From the NCBI RefSeq assembly GCF_006345805.1, contig NC_043018.1:18414001-18478000 (forward strand): 64,000 nucleotides of DNA. Reading direction: 5' to 3'. Each line of letters begins with the position of its first letter. The first letter of the stretch is position 1. The notes below the pieces were generated by a model that worked only from the letters and a program-made list of their open reading frames with translations, had not been told where the DNA came from and did no database searches. The position numbers were made by a program, and so were the translations under genes. Below are positions 53,254 to 64,000 of this stretch, piece by piece. This stretch comes from Octopus sinensis (taxonomy: Eukaryota).

Positions 53254-53540
53254 GCTTCTTTTGGTTTCCATCAGCCAAATTTATTCACAAGGCCTTGGTT
53301 TACTGAGGGATATTGCAGAAGACACCTGCTCAAGGTGTCAAAACTGCAAGAATCCTCAGTAAGACAGCTGAGGAATAATAGTATATTTGTTCAGCATAAC
53401 TTAAACTTCTTAAATATTCTACTTTTACTGTAACTTGTTATTAGAAAACACGAAGCCAGATCTACCTATGAAACACCTGCAATAATATTCTGTCTGTAAA
53501 TAATATTCAATTCCAAATTGTTTTTCCACTTTTCCCATTT
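52545..53540. repeat. Interleaved inverted duplications (X-Y-X'-microsatellite/SINE-Y')
   Basis: X is about 52626-52747, X' about 52980-53100, Y about 52748-52979 and Y' about 53308-53540; the pairs are highly identical reverse complements. Confidence 0.88.
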
Positions 53541-53667
53541 CAAAAATATATCTCATATCAGATTTTCTTTGCGCAATTATCCTTTCTATTCATTCTATGT
53601 TTTACTGATTATTCACAATCACTTAGAGCAGAACTACATTACAATACTTGTTTACTGCATAATTGAG

Positions 53668-54044
53668 ATGCAATGGCCCAGTGGTTAGGGCAGCGGACTC
53701 GCGGTCATAGGATCGTGGTTTCGATTCCCAGACCGGGCGTTGTGAGTGTTTATTGAGCGAAAACACCTAAAAAAGCTCCACGAGGCTCCGGCAGGGACGG
53801 TGGTGATCCCTGCTGTACTCTTTCACCACAACTTTCTCTCACTCTTACTTCCTGTTTCTGTTGTACCTGTATCTCAAGGGGCCAGCCTTGTCACTCTCTG
53901 TGTCACGCTGAATATCCCCGAGAACTACGTTAAGGGTACATGTGTCTGTGGAGTGCTCAGCCACTTGCACGTTAATTCCACGAGCAAGCTGTTCTGTTGA
54001 TCGTATCAGCTGGGACCTCATCGTCGCAACCAATGGAGTGCTCC
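53668..54044 (+). mobile_element. SINE family C, full length
   Basis: A-box TGGCCCAGTGGTTAGG, B-box GGTTTCGATTCC; reverse complement of 17396-17764. Confidence 0.85.
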
Positions 54045-54459
54045 TAGACTGCATAATTATTTATCCACATAATCCACTTAATCTGGCTTCCCTAATCTCT
54101 ATTATCTTCTCTGACATCATTAGTATTCTTCTTTCCCATTAAGAAAAGGTATTAATAAGATTAAAGTTTACTTTAGGGGAATGCTGATTTTATAATTAAA
54201 GGGTATTTTTTCTCCACCTAATTAAAGAACAGGACACACACAAAGTAGAGCTTTAAAAAAACAAAAAATTATAAATTTCAACATGTATTTATAACTGAAA
54301 TACTGGGATCAATTGTTAGTGTTGTATCCTAGGGTTACTGAGTGTTTTGAGCCTCATAACATACTGTGATACAGTTTATATCGATTAAGCCAAATTATAA
54401 CCCCCAAAAAGTATTCCTAATTTTTACTTTCATTTCAAATGAATTTGGCTCCAAATTAA

Positions 54460-57400
54460 AGATGATTTCATGGCTCTCTCACAGCTACATGGTTCCGGGG
54501 TTCAGTCCCACTGTGTTGCACCTTGGGCAAGTGTCTTCTACTATTTCCTTGGGTTGACCAAAGCCTTGTGAGTGGATTTGGTAGACAGAAACTCAAAAAA
54601 GCCCATTCTCTGTGTGTGTGTGTATATATATACGTATATATGTGTGTGTGTATGTATGTATGTGTGTGTATGTGTGTGTATGTGTGAGTCCTTATATCTG
54701 TGTTTGTTACCACCCCACTCCACGCTACTTGACAACCAGTATAATGTGTTTACATCCCCATAACTTAGTGGTTTGGCAAAGAGAGACTGATAAGGTAAGC
54801 ACCAGGCTAAAAGAAAAGTAATAAAAGTCCTGGGGTCAATTTGTTCAACTAAAACACTTCAAGACAGTGCTCTAGCATGGCCACAGTCAAATGATTGATA
54901 CAAGTAAAAGAGTACAAGAAAGAATGTCATAAGAATTTAGAAACTTCGAGAGAACATGAAATAATTTATTTTCAATTGCAGAACTTAAAGTAGATGAAGC
55001 TATAAGCAATAGTTTGAAAACCCCTTTAGATGGAAAAATTGAAGGCTTCCTTAGTTCATAAGTTTTCACAATGAGCAACAAGGGTCAACGGTAAAGTTGA
55101 CCTTGGCAAGATTTGAACTCAGAATCTAAATGTACATAACTGAATGTGTCAAGATATTTTACCCAACACTCTAGAAATTTTAGAAAAGTAGTAATGGACT
55201 TAGTAGTCACATAAACAGAGAAAATATTGACCATCAGAAAATAAAGGCATGGTTACATTCCATCAAGTTCTACGATGACCGCAAACATTATCATTGTCAT
55301 CATCATCATCATTATTATCTCTGCCTTAGTGAATGTGGAGGTGTTGTTTTCAGTTGTGTTTGTTTGTCTGTGGACAAGATATCTCAAGAACCACTGGATG
55401 GATTCAAAAGAAATCTTCAAGCATTGTTGGCCTCATAACTGGCACAGACTGATTAGATTTTGGGATTGATTCGGTACCAGACAAGAATTGTGGATTAATT
55501 GTTATACTCTTTACTCTTTTACTCTTTTACTTGTTTCAGTCATTTGACTGCGGCCATGCTGGAGCACCGCCTTTAGTCGAGCAAATCGACCCCAGGACTT
55601 ATTCTTTGTAAGCCCAGTACTTATTCTATCGGTCTCTTTTCCCGAACCGCTAAGTGATGGGGACGTAAGCACACCAGCATCGGTTGTCAAGCAATTCTAG
55701 GGGGACAAACACACACACATATATATATATACATATATTCGACAGGCTTCTCTCAGTTTCCGTCTACCAAATCCACTCACAAGGCATTGGTCGGCCCAGG
55801 GCTATAGCAGAAGACACTTGCCCAAGGTGCCATGCAGTGGGATTGAACCCGGAACCATGTGGTTGGTTAGCAAGCTACTTACCACACAGCCACTCCTGCG
55901 CCTATTAAAGTAGGTAGAAATGCTGTTATAAGCATTTCATCCGGCGTGCTAACGATTCTGCCAACTCACCGCTTTACTTTACTTTACATGAAGTATTATG
56001 ATCTTATGTTGACTTTCAAGTCTTTCTCTGATCATCTCCCTTGAAAGCACACTCATGGTTTCCATATAAATTATGGTGGTATTTCATTTCTCTATTATCA
56101 ATTTTACGTGCATCTCTATCTTAGTAGAAATTGATGAATAAAGAAATCCCACTATATAAACAGATGGCAGCAAAACCGTTCAGAAATGAAATAACACCAA
56201 CATATTCAGTAGCAATAATAAATTAATTATCCTGAACAATTTTTAATTTTACCAATTTTGAATATATTGCTCCTGTTTAAAACCTCTTACCTGCTTGACA
56301 ATTGCATTTCTAGCTCTACCTTGAAGGAAGCTTTACTTCTTGGACTCATATTTTTATGTGTAACAATGTTGTTAAACCTCCATTAACAGTACCACATGCA
56401 GGTCCTTTCCGTTTTCTTCCTTGCATGGATAAATTTTTCACTATAGACCTTAATGGTCGTAAAGATACTATATCAGTGGATAAGACTAAAAAAGGCCTTC
56501 ATAGAGAAAACTGTCCCTGTTCCCACTGCAGATGACACACACACACTGTATTAGAAACACGACCCACACACCCACCTTATTATTATTATTATTATTATAT
56601 TATTATTATTATTATTACGAAGGTGAGCTGGCAGAGTCATTAGTGTGCTGAACGAAATGCTTAGCAGCTTTCCTCTTGTTCTGAGTTCAAATACCACTGA
56701 GGTCATCTTTGTCTTTCATCCTATCAGGGTCAAAATGTATCTGTTTCTTTATTACCCACAAGGGGCTGAACATAGAGGGGACAAACAAGGACAGACTAAC
56801 GGATTGAGTCGATTACATCGACCCCAGTGCGTAACTGGTACTTAATTTATCGACCTCAAAAGGATGAAAGGCAAAGTCGACCTCAGCGGGATTTGAACTC
56901 AGAACGTAACGGCAGACGAAATACAGCTATGCATTTCACCCGGCGTGCTAACGTTTCTGCCAGCTCGCCGCCTTATCAGCAGGGAACTGGGATCAATGTA
57001 ATCAACTGGTCCCCTTCCCTCAAAATGTCAGGCTTCGTGACTTTCATAGAAAAAATTATTTATAGTTCTATTTATTTCAACTTCAATCATTAAAAATGAT
57101 TTAAAATTAATTTTGTTTTGAAAATAAAACCTTTGTGTTTGTTGTAGAAATAACCGATTAACCAATCAATATAAATAATTGTTTAATTTACTTAGAAAAT
57201 GCCTATTGAGACACATTATCATGACTGCATTTTCAGAAAAAAAAACTAATTTAATCTAATGAAACCTAATCTAAGGACAAGTTACGTTAGACAAGATTAG
57301 TTTGTTTATGAAAATATCCAAAGAATTTATATTTCAAATAAATTTCTCTTTTATTTTCTTTCTTTTACTTGTTTCAGTCAGTCGACTGTGGCCATGCTGG

Positions 57401-59235
57401 AGCACTGCCTTAAAGGGTTTTAGTGGAATTGAATCAACTACAAGACTTATTCTTTGCAAGCCTATCATTCTCTTTTGCTGAACCGCTAAGTTATGGGGAC
57501 ATAAACACACCAACATCGGATGTCAAGCAATGGTGGGGGGGGGGGGAAAGCACAGACACACACATACATGCATATACACACACATATATAAATATATATG
57601 ACGGGCTTCTTTCAGTTTCCATTGACCAAATCCACTCACAAGGTTTTGGTCGGCCTGTGGCAACAGTAGAACCACTTGCCTGAGGTGCCACACAGTGGGA
57701 CTGAACCCAGAACCATGTAGGTGTGAAGCAAGCTTCTTACCACACCTGTGTCCATATTAATAACTGTTTCAAATATTTGGCACAATGCCAGCAATTCTGG
57801 GAGGAAGTGGGGGGGGGTCAGTCGATTAAATTAACCCAAGTACTTGACTGGTTATCTTTTTATCTTTTACTTGTTTCAGTCATTGGACTGCGGCCATGCT
57901 GGAGCAATGCCTTGAAGATTTTAGTCAAATGAATCGACCTCAATACATTTTTTTTTAAAGCCTGGTACTTACTCTATCAGTCTCTTTTGCCAGACCGCTA
58001 AGTTATGAGGATTTAAACACACCAACACCGGTTATCAAGTGATTATGGGGGACAAGCACAGACACAAACACACACATAAGATGAACTTCTTTCAGTTTCT
58101 CTACAAATTCCACTCACATGGCTTTGGTTGGTCTGAGGCTATAATAGAAGAAACTTGCTCAACATGCAATGCAGTGGGACTGAACCTGGAACCACGTGGC
58201 TGGAAAATAAATTTCTTATCACACAGCCATCCTACCTGAAAAGATGAAGGGCAGACTTGGCCTAGGTGGGGGTTTGAACTCAATGTAAAAAGCCAGAAGA
58301 AATGCTGACAAGCATTTCGTCCAATGTGCTAACAATTCAGCCAGCTTGCTCCCTTAAGAGGTTCAAGTTTCAGCGCAAAGCCAGCAATGTTAGGGGTTAG
58401 TTGATAACATCAATTCCAGTATTTGATTGGTATTTTCTCAACCCCAAAGTTATGAAAGGTGAAGTCGACTACAGCAAGATTTGAACTCAGAACAGCAAGA
58501 ACTGCAAGAAATGTTACAAAGTAGTTTTTCTGATGCAATAAGAATTCTACCTCCTCATTGCCTTTCTCTATATATTAATAAAAGTCCTGGGGTCAATTTG
58601 TTCAACTAAAACCCTTCAAAGCAGTGCTCTAGCATGGCCACAGCCAAATGATTGAAACAAGTAAAAGAGTACAAGAAAGAATGTCATAAGAATTTAGAAA
58701 CTTCGAGGGAACATGAAATAATTTGTTTTTAATTGCACTAAAAGCCTAAATCTGAGTGTTTGATATACGACACATGGTTGTGGGGCATGTAAAAGAAAAA
58801 AACTATATTAAAATGAAAAGCCTAATAGGCACAGGTGTGGCTGTGTGGTATGATCTTTGCTTCCCAACCACATGGTTCTGGGTTCAGTCTCACTGTGTGG
58901 CACCATCGGCAAGCATCTTCTACTATAGCCCTGGGACAAGCAAAGCCTCATGAGTAGATTTGAAAGCAGAATCTCACGAATCCCATTGTGTATATGTGTA
59001 TGTATATGATGTATGTATGTGCACATGCATATGTGTGTGCATGTGTCTTTGTGTCTTTTCTACTCGACAGCCAGTGTTGGTTCATTAGTGTGCCTGTAAC
59101 TTAGTGGCTAGGCAAAAAGAGACTGATAAAATAAGCATCAGGCTTTAAAAAAGCAAGAACTAGGATTGATTTATTTGAGTAAACATATTAAGGCAGTGCT
59201 CCAGCATAGCCACAATCCAATGACTGATAAAAGAG
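54460..59235. mobile_element. Dense SINE cluster: A copies at 54460-54915(+), 55505-55902(-), 57355-57750(-), 57865-58215(-), 58830-59235(+); B copies at 56625-56975 and 58240-58560
   Basis: Direct similarity to the other copies in the window; 55505-55902 is near-intact. Confidence 0.85.
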
Positions 59236-59679
59236 GCTCTAAATATTTTTTTTGCTAAAAGACCTCCCTGCCGAAGTTCGGTGAATTCTTTGATTTAATT
59301 TGGTAAAATTAAAAATTTTCTTTACTCCTACTAATAACCAACCACACGGCACTGTAAATCCAATCAGTGCATAATCATTACCAATAATATTACATTGTCT
59401 TCTCAAACAATACATAATTGTTAATAATTATAATCTTTATTAATAATTGAGTGCTGTAAATTGTTTCCTTAAGCTATAACACTAATAGTAACGGTACATG
59501 ATATTGTGAATCCAAATAGTGGTTAATGACTGTTAATAAAGCTGCATTGATTAACGAATTATGCATCTGGACTCAGTGTTTGTTCAGCCTTATGCTTCAG
59601 TCATAATTGAAAACTTTCATTCATAAAAATCACTAGTATTTTTTTTGTTTGTTTTTTTTTTGTTTTTTTTAAACTTTTC

Positions 59680-60570
59680 ATTACCATATTTTTATTGAAA
59701 TTCACTGTTTTGGTTTCAATTAATTTCGAAAATAATGAAGAATGGAATAAAATAACTTTGGCATTATTATTATTATTATTATTATTATGCTGGTGTTTGG
59801 AACAAGAATTAACATGAAATTTTCGAATAGTGGTTTTAATTTGGATCACTTTAAACTGGAATATTGTACCAGAGAAGCAAGTGAATTCACACACAGGTGG
59901 GTTGGCACTAAAAGAATATAGACAATGTATTTTTTTAGAAATTACAAAACTAAAATGAAAAATTAACTGCTGCTGCTACTAAAATGGAAAGGAAATTTGG
60001 AAGAAAGAGAAATTGCACAAAAATCTACAGACCTGTTGATTGCCAACCTTAGTAAAAAATAATGCAAAAAATTTACTTTGCTTTTTGTTGTTTTTGAGAG
60101 ATCAATATCAAGGAGTTTGTCAAAAATCCATGCAATTCCACGTGGTTCTTCAGGCCCCAGAACTCTAGTTAAATTCACTTCTTATAGTCTTTTAGAACTC
60201 AGAATATAAGTCACTAAATAGCAGACACTATTTCCTTCAAAGTTTTTTTTGCATTACCGTATATTTGTTGAAATACGTTAACCTTGTTTCAATAAATTTT
60301 GAAAATAATTTTTTAAAAATTAATAAAATAACTTAGTCATTATTAAGTTAGCATTTGGAACTTAAATTAACATGAAATTTTGATGGAGAGTTTTAATTTG
60401 GAGACTTTAATCCTTTTGTGACCATATTTCAGTTCTAAATACACTGACTTCATTTCAATTGATTTTCAAATTAATAGAGAAATTAGTAAAACAACGTCCT
60501 CATTATTAAACTGGTGTCTGGAGCATAAATTAATATGGAATTTTAATGGAAGATTTTAATTTAGATCAGG
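59680..60570. repeat. Three diverged copies of a MITE-like AT-rich repeat of about 160 bp
   Basis: accatattt..tttcaattaattt..gaaaataat..tggtgtttggaac..aattaacatgaaatttt at about 59680, 60255 and 60420. Confidence 0.5.
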
Positions 60571-60684
60571 GACAGTCTCAGATGAGTTGGTACTGAAGGG
60601 AATTAAGGCTTGTGCCATTCCACTGCCTTCTGTCTGAAGAGAAATACTACTAATGCTAATAATAACGAGAATCGATGAAATTAC

Positions 60685-60813
60685 CTTTAATGCAGCAGTT
60701 CCTGCATATTGATGACTGATGGCATCACCATTATTGGCCCATATCAGCTGAAATGCCACTCGACAACTTTGTGGTAGCGTTTCATCAGGAGGAAGCAAAC
60801 CAAGTTTCCGACA
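60685..60813 (-). CDS. INPP5F: Phosphatidylinositide phosphatase SAC2 (INPP5F), internal exon at the end of the SAC domain
   Basis: 129-nt exon, ttttgcag acceptor and AAG|gtaatt donor, phase 0/0. It encodes CRKLGLLPPDETLPQSCRVAFQLIWANNGDAISHQYAGTAALK, which carries the SAC-family WANNGDxISxQYAGTAALK motif and closely matches human INPP5F as recalled. Confidence 0.95.
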
Positions 60814-60919
60814 CTGCAAAACAAAAACCAAAAAAAAAATGACTATTAAAATGTCTGAAATACCTGAGACGTCCCATTAATAACATTATAAATTTTCACT
60901 TCCTCTCTCCCTTTATATA

Positions 60920-61160
60920 TAGAGAGATCGTGATTTCAATTCCTAGACCGGGTTGGTACATTGTGTTCTTGAGAAAAATACTTCATCTCCCATTGCTCTG
61001 CGATGACTTTGACACCTGACGTTTGTCACACCTGTGCACCTGTTCAGATAACATCAATTCGATGGTGAGAGTTAGGTAACGTACAGCATGAACACTTGAT
61101 CCCTATAAACAAATCATTCTTGCAGATCATTTGGCAAAAGCTGAACACTCATACTTCACC
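60920..61160 (+). mobile_element. Diverged CORE-type SINE
   Basis: B-box-like gatttcaattcc followed by ttgtgttcttgagaaaaatacttc. Confidence 0.5.
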
Positions 61161-61398
61161 TTTGATAGGTGAGTCTGTTATATACACATATAGTCGGATG
61201 CGACCCAGAGATTCTCAGATTAGAAAACACTTTGCAGCACACAAATGATTCCACCTTAAATTCCAATGTCTTTACAAGGAACCAATTCTGCAGAGTAAAG
61301 AGTGGCTATCAGAGGAATCAAGTCAAACAGATATGGAGGTAATTATGCGAATAAACAGATTGGTTTTCATATACAAAATATGTAAATATGTACATATT

Positions 61399-61771
61399 TA
61401 TACTTAAGAGATGAGGAATTATGTACGTTATTTACATTTAACGAATATTTGTCATCTTGTTTGTTGCTAACACAATATTTTGGCTGAAATACCTTCTAGC
61501 CTTCATCAGGTGTCTTGGGGAAATTTCAAACTTGGGTTCTCATTCCTAAGGTATTTTTCGATGTTATTATTATTATTATCATTCAGGTCACTGACCAAGA
61601 TTCTGAGTTTGATTCCAGGTAGTGACCTGAATAATAATATTAATAATAATATCGAAAAATACCTTAGGAATGAGGATCCAGGTTTGAATTTTCCTCAAGA
61701 CACCTGATGAAGGCTGGAGGGTATATCAGCCGAAAGGTTGTGTTAACAACAAACAAGATGAGGACAAATAT
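61399..61771. mobile_element. Fold-back, hammerhead-bearing element (copy 2)
   Basis: Inverted arms of about 145 bp around a 28-nt spacer holding a B-box-like GAGTTTGATTCC (61605-61616). Hammerhead motifs at 61469-61514(-) and 61699-61744(+). Confidence 0.85.
61699..61744 (+). ncRNA. Minimal type I hammerhead ribozyme (stem III C>G change)
   Basis: GACAC-CTGATGA-A-GGCTG(gagggtatat)CAGCC-GAAAG-GTT^GTGTT. Confidence 0.7.
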
Positions 61772-62334
61772 ATTTTAAAAAGATTTTTAAAAATAATTTT
61801 TTAAACTCTTATAAACAAAAATGTAAAAATGAAAACGAAAATGTGGAATAATAATAATTAAGGATTTTAACAAACAAAAACAGAATGATAAATAAACATT
61901 CAATAATATCTTCTCTGTATTGTTCCAATTTTGGAATATATACAGCCAAAGCTCTTGGATAATATCAGATACAAACAGTAGCAGCCACAGTTGGATGAGG
62001 ATGTTGTCATGTACATTGAGTGGATAAAGATTTGGTGCCAACGAAAAATAAACAAGTGAAACCATTGTATATTGGAAAAGAACCTTAGAATATGGTTCTT
62101 TATTAAAACATATGTATTTAGCATTGAGGTGAAATTTACCAGTATTGGAACCAAGCCAAGTTGCAGATAAGATGAACAATAGAATAATGGTAGATTGTAA
62201 ACAACCCTGACAGAACACCAAGATAAACCTCTTTGCTGGTTTCTAAGACAAATGTGGACTCGTTGTGAGGTCATTTGACAGCTAAGACACCGAGAGGTCA
62301 GTATAATATAAGTAACAGTGAATGCTGTAGCAAG

Positions 62335-62835
62335 GATGATGATGATGATGGTGGTGGTGGTGATGATGGTGATGGTGGTGGTGGTGATGGTGGTGATGGT
62401 AATGGAGGTGGTAGTGGTGGTGATAGTGATGATGATGGTGGTGGTGATGGTGGTGGTAGTGATGATGGTGGTGGTGATGGTGGTGGTGATACAATGATGA
62501 TGGTAGTGGGTAATGATGGAGATGGTGGTGGTGGTACAGTGATGATGATGGTAGTGGTGGTGATGATGATGATGGTAGTGACGATGGTGGTGATGGTGGT
62601 GGTGATGGTGGTGGTAATGACAGTGATGGTAATGATGGTGATGGAGATGGTGGTGGTGGTACAGTGATGATGATGGTGGTGGTGGTGGTGATAATGATGA
62701 TGGTGGTAGTGGTGATGATGATGAGGATGTGGTGGTGGTGGTAGTGGTGATGATTGTTGTAGAAGTGGTGGTTGTAGTAGTGATAAAAGATGTTGAGTGA
62801 TATCAAGTCATAATGATGATGATGATGATGATGAT
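62335..62835. repeat. (GGT)n/(GAT)n compound trinucleotide tract
   Basis: About 500 bp of GGT/GAT triplets. Confidence 0.93.
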
Positions 62836-63727
62836 ATTTAGGATGATAATGATAACAGTAATGTTGATGTTGCTGTTATTGCTGCTGCTACTGATGAGGA
62901 AATGAGACAAACTTGTAACTGTTGTTTAACCACAGGTCAAACCCTGATCCAGGTATATAAACCATAACACACCTGCCTTTTTAAAATTTTTTTCTTTTCA
63001 GACAATGTGTTTAGATATACATCATCAAACATATCGTCTCTTTCTTAAGACAATACAGTGTGGTTGAAAGGAGAGTAAGCTCCTATTTCTAGCAGGTCCA
63101 GCTACCCCAAGGAGGCTCAATCATTAGCTTATGGTGTTGATGAAGACGATGACAATAAATCTGATAAATGGAAAGGTAACTTTTCTAAAGATTGAAAAGA
63201 TACAGGTGGAATTCTTCCAAGAAAATTCAAAGATGCTGAGAGAGAGAAGATGGTCAGGATTTTCACAAAACTCCAAACTATTTATTCCCACCTAATAGTA
63301 ACCATGACAACTGAAACAAAAATGTTCTTTTTTGCTTACTGTTTTTCTCTTTTTTTTTCTTTTTTTTTTTGGTTAATTTCCTCCACAAAAAGGAAAAAGT
63401 TCTACTAAACATTACCAAAAATCTCAGAGTATTTGTAGCTTTATATTTTTCTATCTCTGCTTACTACAACAATCGTGTACTCAGACAGAAATAAATACAC
63501 ACACACACCCATATATATATATATATACACACACACATGCACACATACACTGATATTGTAACTACAATATTCACGCACACACACACACAACATCGGCACT
63601 GATTCACACATACATACCACCACATATCCATACAGCTATATTCATCCACACACATACTTATGGTTTTACTGTTGACATAAAAAATTATTCAGTAGAACTT
63701 TCTAGTTAATTAAAGACACACATGCAT

Positions 63728-63769
<42 letters not shown>

Positions 63770-64000
63770 CACACACACACACTCACATACTAATATCCTG
63801 GATTGTGTGTGTGTGTATATGTATATATATTTATGTAAGTGTGTGTATGTGTGTACACACACACACCTATATACAGACAGAGAGTGAGAGAAAGAGATAT
63901 CCTGGTGTATGTGTATATATATACATATATATGAATATATATATATATATATGTATATATATGTATTTGTATGTATGTATTCTAGTGTATGTATATATAC

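Overview
This is eukaryotic, AT-rich, microsatellite-dense DNA whose SINE, RTE and Penelope content looks like an Octopus (coleoid cephalopod) genome; the species call is from pattern recognition only. The only confidently identified gene is the SAC-domain phosphoinositide phosphatase INPP5F/SAC2 on the minus strand. It is represented by two exons (60685-60813 and 41189-41259) that splice in frame across a 19.4-kb intron, and no other INPP5F exon was found. The rest is intron-like sequence holding four tRNA-derived SINE families, RTE-type LINE fragments, decayed Penelope-like elements (RT and GIY-YIG), mariner, hAT and piggyBac-type MITEs, a Helitron, minisatellites and microsatellites. Nearly all supplied ORFs are repeat artefacts. 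The most interesting signals are: (1) a fold-back element present twice, carrying a Penelope-type minimal hammerhead ribozyme in each arm, with a 13-bp TSD on one copy and a Pol III B-box remnant in the other; (2) two independent SINE multimers with one head, a single TSD pair and an identical self-complementary junction (GAAATA-GG-TATTTC); (3) a perfect 273-bp palindrome; (4) a non-canonical CCGACGA hammerhead; (5) two candidate antisense micro-exons.
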